Shown here: positions 27,861 through 37,172 of the stretch, piece by piece | Layout: every line of letters starts with the position of its first letter | Numbering within the stretch: position 1 is the first letter of the stretch | Origin: a candidate division WOR-3 bacterium | GTDB taxonomy: Bacteria > Hydrothermota > Tepidihabitantia > SM23-42 > CAYGYG01 | Reading direction: 5' to 3' | Assembly (NCBI GenBank): GCA_965648915.1 | Contig: CBFGIV010000020.1 | Location: forward strand, 1-39,225 | DNA length: 39,225 nt | The notes under the pieces: model-generated | What the model saw: only the letters and a program-made list of their open reading frames with translations | What the model was told of the DNA's origin: nothing | The model's database searches: none | Made by a program: the position numbers and the translations under genes

Positions 27861-29162
27861 ATGGAAAGACTATTAAGGATGGCATTAAAAAAGTGTGATG
27901 GGGCAGAGGTCTACCGCCATACGAGGAAAGCACTACCGGTGGAATTCGAAAAGGGCGAGATCAAACAGATTACACTCGCAAACTACCCTGAAATCGGGCT
28001 AAGGATTTTAAAGAATGGTCGCATCGGTTTCAGTTACGGCACATCACTGAAACATCGTTCCGCTATCGTCCGGGAAGCGATACGCTCAATCAAAGGTGGT
28101 CCAGTGGTCAAGTTCGATTTTCCTGGTCCCAGTGTGCTACCCCGGGTTGATAATTATGATGCAAACCTCGAGCAGGATCGCCTGAAGGATCTGATGCGTG
28201 ATTCCTCAAAGGTCATAAGATGGTTTAAGAAAAAGGGGCTGGTCGATGTGGTGGGATGTTATTCGGCGGTGATAATCAACTCAATTGACATAATAAATTC
28301 AAAAGGTCTGGATGTGCATTTCAAACAGACCGGAGTAATTTTCAGTTGCAGTCTGATGTTGGAAGGCTCAGGGACCGGTCCGGTGGTCTATAATTATTAT
28401 TCTACTTACCGACCGCTGGACGCAGAGCAATTGAATAAATTGTATGAAACCTACCTGCTTGGCAAGAAACAGGTTGATGCCCCGACCCGAAAAATGAAGG
28501 TGATTTTTGCGCCGACCAGTATGAATACGATAAACTGGCGGGTTGCCAGTGCAATATCCGGTCAGTCACTAATTGACAAGATTACACCCCTTGAGCAGAA
28601 GTTGGGAGAGCAGATCGCCCATAAGGATTTAACCCTGATTGAAGATCCCCACAAGAAGGATAGCCCGTTTTCCCGTCCTTTTGATGACGAAGGGGTACCG
28701 ACCCGGGTAATTCCGATCATCGAAAGGGGTATTTTTAAAAATTTCATTTATGACATAAGAACGGCAATGATGCTGGGAACGGAATCGACCGGTAATGGTT
28801 ATAAGTTAGGCATGTGGGGTGGGGATATCACGACTCCGGTCAACCCCTATCCCCGGCATCTGGTTTTTCAGCCCGGGGATGTCGATCTCGAGGAGATGAT
28901 CAGAAGTATCGATGAGGGTATCCTGCTTGAAGAAGAGAATGGTGCACATTCGGGCAACATACCTGCCGGTGAGTTTTCGATTAATGTAGGCCTTGGCTAC
29001 TATATCAAGGATGGTGTGCTTCAGGGCCGGACACGGGATACAATGATCTCCGGAAATATTTACGAACTTTTTAAAAATCTCCTTATGGTCAGCAGGAATG
29101 TCGATAGTAACGGTCAGCCCTGGTTACTATTTGACAATGTAAGTGTTGTTGGTCTTAGATAA
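27861..29162 (+). CDS. pmbA: TldD/PmbA family protein, non-catalytic PmbA/TldE-type subunit
   Basis: SRPFDDEGVPT, STGNG, GEFS, ISGN; lacks HExxH; directly follows tldD. Confidence 0.87.
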   Translation: MERLLRMALKKCDGAEVYRHTRKALPVEFEKGEIKQITLANYPEIGLRILKNGRIGFSYGTSLKHRSAIVREAIRSIKGGPVVKFDFPGPSVLPRVDNYDANLEQDRLKDLMRDSSKVIRWFKKKGLVDVVGCYSAVIINSIDIINSKGLDVHFKQTGVIFSCSLMLEGSGTGPVVYNYYSTYRPLDAEQLNKLYETYLLGKKQVDAPTRKMKVIFAPTSMNTINWRVASAISGQSLIDKITPLEQKLGEQIAHKDLTLIEDPHKKDSPFSRPFDDEGVPTRVIPIIERGIFKNFIYDIRTAMMLGTESTGNGYKLGMWGGDITTPVNPYPRHLVFQPGDVDLEEMIRSIDEGILLEEENGAHSGNIPAGEFSINVGLGYYIKDGVLQGRTRDTMISGNIYELFKNLLMVSRNVDSNGQPWLLFDNVSVVGLR

Positions 29163-29226
29163 GTTAAAAAAGATTAAAGATTTTGATCCAGTTTATTAAC
29201 TTTCGATAATCAGACTCAAGGCTGCG

Positions 29227-30609
29227 ATGCGCATAAAATATTACCAGTTGAAAATGATTTTACTCTTTTTCCTATTTGCCACCTGTAAAACTCGACCACC
29301 CGAGATCAGGATTACCAGCCCGGTCGATGGTTCGATGGTCCATGACACGGTCACAGTTGTTGCGGAGGTGTTCAGCACAGAACCGATCGAAAAAGTCGAT
29401 TTTTATGTTAATGATTCTTTGATTGCTTCGACTTCATATATCCCCTATGCCAGTATCTGGCCGACCCAAAATCTGGCTGAGAGCTCGGTCCACCATCTCT
29501 TTGCCCGGGTCAGGGATAAAGACGGTAATGAAGGAAAGTCGGACAAGATCTCGGTAATGGTCGTCAATAAGATAATCTATAGGGATACAGTAAAATTACT
29601 CTGGCGCTATCGGACTGGTGACATTGTCTTCTCCTCACCGGCGATCGGATCGGATGGAACGATCTATATCGGCTCAACTGATCGCTTCCTGTATGCGATT
29701 CGTCGTGATGGTTCATCTTACTGGCAGAGCCCCTGTGACCCCAGGTCGTCACCCGCTGTTGCCGAGGATGGCACGATCTATATCGGGACATCCAGTGGCT
29801 ATCTTATCGCCCTGAATCGAGATGGCCAGATAAGATGGCGTCTTTTCCTTGAGGGGGATATATACTCTTCACCGGCCATTGCTCGAGATGGGACGATCTA
29901 TGTGGGTTCAACGAGCGGCGTCTTTTATGCAGTAAATCCCGATTCGACTCTGAGATGGTCTTTCCTGACTAACGGACCGATATATTCTTCCCCGGCGATA
30001 GATCAGAGGGGCAATATCTATTTTGGTTCTTATGATAAAAACCTCTATAGCCTCGACCCTTTGGGTGTTTGCCGATGGTGTTATCAGACCAATGGGCCGG
30101 TCTATGGTTCACCGGCAATTGGTCAGGATGGGTCGATATATTTCACCTCCCTGGATGGTTGTCTATATAAGATCGATAATGATGGCCAGTTAAAATGGCG
30201 GTATGCAGCCGGTATGGCGATTCGTTCTTCACCGGTTATAGATCAGGATGGTTGCATCTATTTTGGCGGAGATGATGGTTTTATCTATGCATTAAATTCA
30301 GAAGGGAGATTAAAGTGGCGTTACCAGACCGGCGATTTGATTCATGGAGCACCGGCCCTGGGACATAATGGGATGATCTACATTGGGTCGGCAGACCATC
30401 AACTTTACGCACTGGATACCTCAGGCACATTAAAATGGCATTTTCCAACTGAAGGCTGTATCTCTTCCTCACCGGTGTTAAGTATCGATAGTGTTCTATA
30501 TTTTGGTAGTTACGACCGGCATCTATATGCCCTTAAGGTTTCTGATATTATGAGACAAACCCCCTGGCCGATATTCCATCACGATGAGCGGCGCACCGGT
30601 TGTTTTTAA
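29227..30609 (+). CDS. Lipoprotein with Ig-like domain and PQQ-like beta-propeller (about 8 blades)
   Basis: FFLFATC lipoprotein-like signal; PP.I.ITSP.DG...V Ig domain; repeated SSPAI..DG.IY.GS.D..LYAL...G...W; terminal WP.F.HD.RRTG. Confidence 0.85.
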   Translation: MRIKYYQLKMILLFFLFATCKTRPPEIRITSPVDGSMVHDTVTVVAEVFSTEPIEKVDFYVNDSLIASTSYIPYASIWPTQNLAESSVHHLFARVRDKDGNEGKSDKISVMVVNKIIYRDTVKLLWRYRTGDIVFSSPAIGSDGTIYIGSTDRFLYAIRRDGSSYWQSPCDPRSSPAVAEDGTIYIGTSSGYLIALNRDGQIRWRLFLEGDIYSSPAIARDGTIYVGSTSGVFYAVNPDSTLRWSFLTNGPIYSSPAIDQRGNIYFGSYDKNLYSLDPLGVCRWCYQTNGPVYGSPAIGQDGSIYFTSLDGCLYKIDNDGQLKWRYAAGMAIRSSPVIDQDGCIYFGGDDGFIYALNSEGRLKWRYQTGDLIHGAPALGHNGMIYIGSADHQLYALDTSGTLKWHFPTEGCISSSPVLSIDSVLYFGSYDRHLYALKVSDIMRQTPWPIFHHDERRTGCF

Positions 30610-31379
30610 AAATTTATAATCTTTCTTAAACGCTGAATTGATTTTATTGCCAGGGTCAGGGGGAGGTATTCTTCTGGCCGTAAAAGTTCTCCCGGCTCAA
30701 TTATTCGGTAATTGATCAATCTTAATGTTGGAAGGTAGTAAAAAGAGCGGGTATCTATTTTTTGCAGATCCGAGCGAAGACTGAATTCCAAGTCTTTTTT
30801 CTCGGGTAGGAGTTTTGATATCATTATTATAAAATTACCCATTGTGACCCGATCCTGTGGGTAGAAATTACCATCGGGAAACCGGCTCATAATTCCGGTC
30901 TGCTCGGTGAACCGGATATAATCCTTACCCGTAAATTTATTACTGGCACCGGCAAAGAGGAAAGCGAGGTTCTCTCTGGTTACCGGAATCAGATTATCGA
31001 GTCTCTTGGGTATGGTAGTACTTGCTGCTGATAGAATCTCAAAACACCTGTGATAGTCTCCTCTTTTACGAAAGTAGTCATAACTTATCCGGTAAACAAG
31101 GGTGTCGGTCGACTTCAATCTTATCTGGTGCAGAAGAGAGGCAATGGCCATAGACTCATCGCCTATTGCTCGGTAACAGAGGTAGAGGTATTGATAGGGT
31201 ATCAGCGAGTAGGGGTATTCTTTTATTGCCCGGTTGAGATCTTTGATCGCCTCAGAATATTTTCGGTTCTGATAATTTTTAATTCCAGCACGGAGGTGGT
31301 CCTTACGAAAAAAAGGTGGGGAACAGGCAAGATTAAGGCAGAGGAGGATTATTTGCCAATAATGAAGACGACGCGACAT
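30606..31379 (-). CDS. Lipoprotein with TPR region and S-layer homology (SLH)-like motif
   Basis: LCLNLAC lipobox after ATG 31379; TPR-like YSEAIKDLNRAIKEYP; GIMSRFPDGNFYPQDRVTMGNF resembles the SLH consensus. Confidence 0.65.
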   Translation of the reverse strand: MSRRLHYWQIILLCLNLACSPPFFRKDHLRAGIKNYQNRKYSEAIKDLNRAIKEYPYSLIPYQYLYLCYRAIGDESMAIASLLHQIRLKSTDTLVYRISYDYFRKRGDYHRCFEILSAASTTIPKRLDNLIPVTRENLAFLFAGASNKFTGKDYIRFTEQTGIMSRFPDGNFYPQDRVTMGNFIIMISKLLPEKKDLEFSLRSDLQKIDTRSFYYLPTLRLINYRIIEPGELLRPEEYLPLTLAIKSIQRLRKIINF

Positions 31380-32161
31380 CGGGCAAGCAGATCCAAACAA
31401 TTTTTCGAACTGTGAATCCGGATCGCGTCGAAGTGGGAGATTACCGGATCGGTTTTGTTATTTCCACTTACGCCAATCGGAGTGATGCGTAATGGATTAT
31501 AGCCGACCCGACTGTCGGTGTAAATCTCCTGGATATCCCGGCAGTAGATGACCAGGCCATTTTGCGTCAGGTATTCGTTCTGAGCAAAGGAGGTGCTGTA
31601 GATATCTTCACCGCGATCGTTTTTGATCTTCGGGAAGAGGGCCGGATTGATATTTAAGTTACGGCAGTCGATGATGATCGAGGTGTGATTGCTGACATAA
31701 TTTTCTTCCCTGGGGATGAGTTGAACCCCTTCAGGGACTCTTCGGTTCTGGGGCCAGACCTGGCCGCAGAGTGGACAGCACATCGGAACAACAAGTTCAA
31801 CCGGTTCTGTTTTGGGCAGGAGAAGGCTAAGAATTTTATCTAAGAGAAGCAATTCATAATCTGTTTCCTGGCTCCCATCGGTAAGAAAGCGTTCGTCAAC
31901 CTTTCGGAAGTCCTGGAGATATGGAGCTAACTGGGTCTCTTTCTGAAAGTTAAATCTTAAAAAATCTCCCACTTTCTGATTTGCATCATAATATGTATTT
32001 TTTAATAGGCTTAAAAAACGGGTACCGATATCGCTCCGGCTGTAAAAATCAGAAGACCTCGAAGAAGTGGTCATCTTCAATGTATAGGTTGACCAGTCAA
32101 CAAATGTTGTATCGGCCAATAAAAGGCCGGTGCCGATAAAAAACACTGCCAGAATTCTCAC
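31349..32161 (-). CDS. Hypothetical exported protein
   Basis: GTG start with GGAG SD, signal-like N-terminus, motif SIIIDCR.L...PALFPKI....GE.IY and terminal RVVFII; contains a CCPLC segment. Confidence 0.7.
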   Translation of the reverse strand: MRILAVFFIGTGLLLADTTFVDWSTYTLKMTTSSRSSDFYSRSDIGTRFLSLLKNTYYDANQKVGDFLRFNFQKETQLAPYLQDFRKVDERFLTDGSQETDYELLLLDKILSLLLPKTEPVELVVPMCCPLCGQVWPQNRRVPEGVQLIPREENYVSNHTSIIIDCRNLNINPALFPKIKNDRGEDIYSTSFAQNEYLTQNGLVIYCRDIQEIYTDSRVGYNPLRITPIGVSGNNKTDPVISHFDAIRIHSSKNCLDLLARCRVVFIIGK

Positions 32162-32176
32162 AGTTGCTCCGGCACC

Positions 32177-32204
32177 ATTATATTCAACCGGCAGAAAAAG
32201 TCAA
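32177..32204 (-). promoter_or_regulatory. Putative sigma70 promoter for the 32161/31379 gene pair
   Basis: Minus strand TTGACT (32204-32199), 16 nt, TATAAT (32182-32177). Confidence 0.7.
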
Positions 32205-32230
32205 GACAATATTTTTTTACCCATCCCTTT

Positions 32231-32291
32231 GGTGTCAGGGCTGGATATTGGAAAACCTGGTTGAAGATAACGGCAGATAAGTCCTGACACT
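32231..32291. repeat. Intergenic inverted repeat
   Basis: GGTGTCAGGGCT (32231-32242) pairs with AGTCCTGACACT (32280-32291), with two G-T wobbles, across 37 nt. Confidence 0.5.
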
Positions 32292-32447
32292 ATGGTTTGA
32301 TTCAGATCTGCCATTGCTACTATTCATTTCATGTGGGAGGAAGATCTGCGTTACACCAACTGGTTTTCCATTTTTTCGGATAAGGATGTGACTACAGACG
32401 TTGACCTTGAATACGATGTTCGTTGAACTGTAGAGTGTGATAGGTGG

Positions 32448-32502
32448 AAAAATAAAAAACCGCAAGTCTGATACTCTGGTAATTACCGGAATACCAGAAT
32501 AT
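32448..32502 (-). terminator. Possible terminator at the end of the RiPP operon
   Basis: Minus strand ATATTCTGGTA, 10-nt loop, TACCAGAGTAT (one wobble) 9 nt after the stop at 32512; T-rich tract TTTTTTATTTTT starts about 11 nt further on. Confidence 0.35.
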
Positions 32503-32511
32503 GGGAGTGAT

Positions 32512-32829
32512 TCAAGATTTATTTTTTGTTTTTTCGACCTTAAGATTATCTTCCAGCTGGAGGTTTTGCATTTTTAATTGTGCGTTCTTGCGGTATCTCC
32601 TCATATAACTCGCCATATAATTCCGCCGGTGCTCACGATTCTGCTCCAGCCAGTTTTTAAAATAGCCCGGATTTTTCCTCCGCCATTCCACGAAATACTG
32701 CGGATTCCTCGCCCGCCATTTTTTGAGATAATCCGGATGCTGTTTGATCCACTCCTCCTGCTGTATGGCCATTTTGATATTCCCGCGCCGATAATCCAAA
32801 AGATAATCTTTTCGTTTTTTTGTGGGCAC
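32512..32829 (-). CDS. Small basic protein with 11-residue W-x3-[NH]-P-x-Y repeats
   Basis: GTG start with GGAGG SD; W27, W38, W49, W60 and Y71 in strict 11-aa period. Confidence 0.7.
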   Translation of the reverse strand: MPTKKRKDYLLDYRRGNIKMAIQQEEWIKQHPDYLKKWRARNPQYFVEWRRKNPGYFKNWLEQNREHRRNYMASYMRRYRKNAQLKMQNLQLEDNLKVEKTKNKS

Positions 32830-32858
32830 TTTGACCTCCAGATTATTTTATTAAATTT

Positions 32859-34604
32859 TCATAATTTGTCAATTAGATCCAGAGAATTGATCTGATTGCT
32901 AAATAGTTCCTTATAAGCCGGGCAGCACTCGAGTAAATTTTGATGATTACCTTGAGCAGCAATTCGACCATCGTCGAGAAAGTATATCTTATCGAGTTTC
33001 GAAATCGTTGAGAGCCGGTGGGCGATAACAACAACGGTTCTGTTACTTTTTAGTGAAATCAAGGTTTTAAAAATTATTGCCTCAGATTCAGAATCTATCT
33101 CTGAGAGAGATTCATCCAGAATCAATACCTTAGGATTTTTCAACAGAGCCCGGGCGACAGCGATTCTCTGTTTTTCTCCGCCGGAAAGTTTTTCGCCTCG
33201 TGATCCAACCATTGTCGCATAACCATTTTTTAAGTTAATAATGAAATCATGAGCACCGGCCATCTTTGCTACACTAATAATGTCTTCTTTTGAGGCGTCG
33301 GGATTACCGTATCGAATATTATCTTCGATTGTTGTTGAGAAGAGAAGAGTTCCCTGGGGGACAATGGCAATCTCTCTTCTTACGGAGTTGAGATCGAGCA
33401 GGTTCAGATCAGTGTTATCTAAATATATTGAACCATTCTTGGGTTTATAATATCCTAAGAGAAGGCTTAAGATTGTAGTTTTACCGATACCACTCTTCCC
33501 AGCAAAACCGTAGATATAACCGGGCCTGAGCGAGAAACTGATATTTTTCAATAGCGATGCACTTCCATTATAGGAAAAATTTACATTCTTAAATTCGATG
33601 TTCCCCTGGAAGTTTTTCAAGGACCGCTTGTTGGGAGGGGAGTTTTCTACTGGATGGTCGAGCAGTTCAAATATCCGGTCAGCGGCGGCCAGGGCAGACT
33701 GAATGCCTAAGTTTAAATTGAGTATTCTCTGGGTTGGTCCAAAAAGATAGGCCAAGAATGTATTAAAAGCAAAAAATTGACCAAAGGTCAGATTCCCTCT
33801 GATAATTTCAGTTCCGCCAAACCATAATATTATGAGGGGGCCGATACTTCCTATAAAAGAAGTTATACTCCCGAAAAAGACTGACCAGAGACTTAACTTA
33901 AAGGATGTATTGATGTAATTTCTAAATTTTTTAACATAATTTCTCAATATCGTTTGATTAATAACCAGTGATTTAATCATTGATATCATAGTAATATCTT
34001 CACTGATCTCTTGAGTAAGTTGGGCATTGCTTTCCTGCAGTTCCCTGTTCAATTCTCTCAATTTCCCAGCCCCTTTAGTTATCGATATAATAAAAGGAGG
34101 GAGAAGCAGGCATGAGAGTATGGCCATCTTCCAATGGATGATGAATATGCACAGCAAGCCGAATATCAAGGTCAATAGGTCTTTTGTAAACATTATGATG
34201 GTATCGGCCATCAGTCCTTTAGTCACTTCAGTATCATTCTTTATCCGGGAGAGAATATAACCGGCGTCATTATGGCGGAAGTAAGATATCGGAAACTGCA
34301 GAATTTTTTCGAACAATGATTTCTGGATGTCAAAGAAAACACGTTGACGAAAGGCTTCAAGGACATAGGTTTGCAATAATGAGATAAAAAAACCGATGAT
34401 CAGAATGAACAGAACAAATACGACCAGTGTATTAAGAAAAGATTGGTTTCCTTCGGGCAGTACATAATCGATGACATACATCGAAAGGAAAGGCATCGGG
34501 AGCTGGATGAGAGTGGTGATGATTATAAAAATGAAGCCGATAACCCCTCGCGGCCAGTAAGGTTTGAGGAAATTTAAGAACCGGCCAAGACTTTTTCGCG
34601 CCAT
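32859..34604 (-). CDS. ABC exporter, fused permease/ATPase (no C39 peptidase domain)
   Basis: Transmembrane domain, then GKSGIGKTT, VPQ, LSGGEKQR, LILDE, IAHR; 581 aa, begins directly with the TM domain. Confidence 0.93.
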   Translation of the reverse strand: MARKSLGRFLNFLKPYWPRGVIGFIFIIITTLIQLPMPFLSMYVIDYVLPEGNQSFLNTLVVFVLFILIIGFFISLLQTYVLEAFRQRVFFDIQKSLFEKILQFPISYFRHNDAGYILSRIKNDTEVTKGLMADTIIMFTKDLLTLIFGLLCIFIIHWKMAILSCLLLPPFIISITKGAGKLRELNRELQESNAQLTQEISEDITMISMIKSLVINQTILRNYVKKFRNYINTSFKLSLWSVFFGSITSFIGSIGPLIILWFGGTEIIRGNLTFGQFFAFNTFLAYLFGPTQRILNLNLGIQSALAAADRIFELLDHPVENSPPNKRSLKNFQGNIEFKNVNFSYNGSASLLKNISFSLRPGYIYGFAGKSGIGKTTILSLLLGYYKPKNGSIYLDNTDLNLLDLNSVRREIAIVPQGTLLFSTTIEDNIRYGNPDASKEDIISVAKMAGAHDFIINLKNGYATMVGSRGEKLSGGEKQRIAVARALLKNPKVLILDESLSEIDSESEAIIFKTLISLKSNRTVVVIAHRLSTISKLDKIYFLDDGRIAAQGNHQNLLECCPAYKELFSNQINSLDLIDKL

Positions 34605-35827
34605 TCTCTCTCTAAGAGTTCAAATGGTTTGTCGAATATTTTTTTGAAGGTTTTAATGATTGAATCCGGTTCGCTATAACCATCACAGAGATGATAAAGT
34701 TCTTTGAACTTATCAATGCCATACTGATCGATGAGATACTTTACGAATGAGCCCGAGACCGGATAGGTAATGGAATCATTCGCAGTCTTGAAGTCGATGA
34801 TATCGATTATTGAACTTAAAGGCATAAGCCGGCCTTCGGCGTTATATCTCCTTACCCAGTAATCAAGATCCTGGCCTAACCACCTCTTATCAAAATAGAC
34901 TGCCAGCCCCTCGCCGACCAGGGATGGGGGTGAACCAATTTTATTAGCGAGGATATGTGCGATTTCGTGGGGACCAATTGCTTTAACACTCTCCGAGAAT
35001 ACAGAGTATATCTCGGCATATTTAAGATTACAATGGGCATTACCCGATTTATCGGTTATTTCGGCCTTGGCCCGATTTGAAGGAAAGATATAGTGGCTGA
35101 TTTTCCTTTCCAGGTCTATTTTTAATAAGTCCTTTATCTGTTTAAGAGCGGCCTCGTCGATTTTGAGGATATATTCGACATCAGCAGGAGAGACATTTTT
35201 CGTGTGGAGAAGAACGAAGTTTTCTGATTCAACTTTTAACCATTTTGGCCTTTCAGTATATATACTCCTTTGCTTATCAATTTGACCAGCGGTAATATAT
35301 CCTTTGAGAACCGGCCCGATATGATCATATACAATAAAATCATATCTATCGTCCCACATAAGATTAAGGAGATTTTCGAAACGATCAGATATCATTAAGA
35401 CGATGAGTCGATCCTGATCATCCTTATATGCCATAACTATCGAATGGTCGGGCCCCTTAAAAAAATAGTTATGGAAATTTAATCCGGTATCGCTATAACA
35501 AATCTGCTGCTCTGAGGCGAACTTTTTTATTAATAAATTGTTCTGAGGTGTCCCGAAGATTACCAAACCCCGGCTTTGAATCCTTTCATTAAAATTTTGA
35601 TCATCGAGGTATTTGAAACCCTCCCGGGTGAGTTTTTTTAATATCACCTTTAATATTCTTACTTCATCATCCTGCATGTTACCACCATAGATCCAGATTA
35701 TATCCTTTTTAGGAATGCGCTCAAATTGATGCAGTGATCCCTTATGACTGCAATTTATAAAGTTGAAGAGAATGAAAAAGATCAGTATGTTAAGAGTATT
35801 AAGCAAAAACTTATTTTTTGTTTTCAT
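34574..35827 (-). CDS. Exported/lipoprotein zinc metallopeptidase (clan MA, gluzincin-type)
   Basis: Hydrophobic N-terminus ending FINC; HEIAH-x14-EGLAVY; Y..SGSFVKYLIDQYGIDKF...LE.EW typical of MA-like peptidase domains. Confidence 0.8.
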   Translation of the reverse strand: MKTKNKFLLNTLNILIFFILFNFINCSHKGSLHQFERIPKKDIIWIYGGNMQDDEVRILKVILKKLTREGFKYLDDQNFNERIQSRGLVIFGTPQNNLLIKKFASEQQICYSDTGLNFHNYFFKGPDHSIVMAYKDDQDRLIVLMISDRFENLLNLMWDDRYDFIVYDHIGPVLKGYITAGQIDKQRSIYTERPKWLKVESENFVLLHTKNVSPADVEYILKIDEAALKQIKDLLKIDLERKISHYIFPSNRAKAEITDKSGNAHCNLKYAEIYSVFSESVKAIGPHEIAHILANKIGSPPSLVGEGLAVYFDKRWLGQDLDYWVRRYNAEGRLMPLSSIIDIIDFKTANDSITYPVSGSFVKYLIDQYGIDKFKELYHLCDGYSEPDSIIKTFKKIFDKPFELLEREWREKVLAGS

Positions 35828-37127
35828 TGGAAATCTTCCACCCTTTATAATACAACTTCAGCATATCTTTAAGATTATAACGCCAGGTCGGACATTCGAG
35901 GCTTTTTCCCATTGGGCCAAGTTTTTTGTGAAGGCAGGAACCCATACAGATTGGTAGAATTTTACAGCGCAAACACTTTTTTTCCTTAAAGACATCCCAG
36001 TCCAGCCACTTTATTAGATTTGGCTCCAATTTCTTATTTAGTTCTTTATCAATAAGGTGGCCCACTGCTTCATCGGGCATGCCGATAGTATTCCAGCATT
36101 TCTGAATATAACCATCAGGCTCAATTAAGAGCGAGGAGAGACATTCGGCTCCACAGGCGGTTGGGATTGAGACCGGAAACGGGATGATATTAAAGCCCTG
36201 ATCTAAGGCTTGCTGGTAAAGATTGAGTTGAATTTTTGAGAATTCTTTTCGGACAAAGCAAAAGTGATTAACATCCTGACATATCTGGGTATAGGCCTCA
36301 ACCGGTGCAAAATAGACACTTAAGTATCTTTTCAACCCCTCTTTTTCAAGGATATTCAGTAAGGGCAGACAGGTTTGATAGTTCTGTCGGTCAACATTTA
36401 TCCGGATCCGAACCGGCAGCAAATGCTTAATCTTTTTGAGATTGTTAATAATATTGTCAAAACTACCTTTACCGTTTCGAAAGGGACGGCGCTGGTTGTG
36501 AACCTCTGGAGGGCCATCAAGAGTGATTTGAACCCAGGTGCATCGATTCTTCTTTAACTCCGTCACTATCTCTTTTGTGAGGAGTGAGCCATTGGTCACA
36601 AGACCGAAAGAATAAGATGCATTATGTTTTTTGCACAAATCACCAAATTTTTGCGATAATCTTTTGATGATGTTATATGCCCTCGGTAAAAGAGGTTCGC
36701 CGCCATACCAGGTGACATGTAGTTCGCGTACACCATCTTTAAGGCGATTTGCTAAATATTTTATCAAAGTCTCAGCCACGGTCTCTTTCATATATGTTGG
36801 TTTTTTATCCTGAAAACAGTATTTACAACTGAAATTACAGAAGAGGGTTGGTGCAATGGTGAGACCAATGATACTGGTTTGGTAACGGATAATACGATTC
36901 TGGACTCTCAATCGACTTAGTTCCTGGAAATTATCCTCAACGATGAACCCGCCTTTTTTAAGATCTTCGAATAGTTTGGATTTATATTCTTTCTTATTTT
37001 GAATGTAAGTCAGGAAAGTTCGATATTCACGCAAAGTCATACGGGCTAATGCCCCGGTTAGCGTATTAAAGGCCAATAGAGAATTTCGGCCATCATTTAA
37101 AAAGATGTTGTAGTTAGATTTTTTCAT
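35811..37127 (-). CDS. Radical SAM/SPASM peptide maturase
   Basis: CNFSCKYC, YGGEPLL, QITLDG; SPASM cysteines CGAEC...PDG..QKC...CLRC..LPICMGSC...C; N-terminal ~85 aa (S.YN...FNTLTGA...L.KGGFIV) resemble the precursor-binding region of peptide maturases. Start ATG 37127 or GTG 37136. Confidence 0.92.
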   Translation of the reverse strand: MKKSNYNIFLNDGRNSLLAFNTLTGALARMTLREYRTFLTYIQNKKEYKSKLFEDLKKGGFIVEDNFQELSRLRVQNRIIRYQTSIIGLTIAPTLFCNFSCKYCFQDKKPTYMKETVAETLIKYLANRLKDGVRELHVTWYGGEPLLPRAYNIIKRLSQKFGDLCKKHNASYSFGLVTNGSLLTKEIVTELKKNRCTWVQITLDGPPEVHNQRRPFRNGKGSFDNIINNLKKIKHLLPVRIRINVDRQNYQTCLPLLNILEKEGLKRYLSVYFAPVEAYTQICQDVNHFCFVRKEFSKIQLNLYQQALDQGFNIIPFPVSIPTACGAECLSSLLIEPDGYIQKCWNTIGMPDEAVGHLIDKELNKKLEPNLIKWLDWDVFKEKKCLRCKILPICMGSCLHKKLGPMGKSLECPTWRYNLKDMLKLYYKGWKISNENKK

Positions 37128-37136
37128 TGTTGTCAC

Positions 37137-37166
37137 GGGGCAGCCGGATAAAACTAAGGCTGCCCC
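37137..37166 (-). promoter_or_regulatory. Stem-loop between precursor and maturase genes
   Basis: Perfect 9-bp GC-rich stem GGGGCAGCC / GGCTGCCCC, 12-nt loop, no U-tract; fills most of the intergenic gap. Confidence 0.75.
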
Positions 37167-37172
37167 ATTAAT

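Noticed and set aside
29590..30540. Roughly 120-nt periodic DNA similarity considered as CRISPR or tandem repeat
   Set aside because: It is degenerate and in frame, explained by beta-propeller blade repeats in the protein.
32235..32465. 76-aa minus-strand ORF downstream of the RiPP operon
   Set aside because: TTG start without SD, no motif, and it overlaps hairpin and terminator-like sequence.
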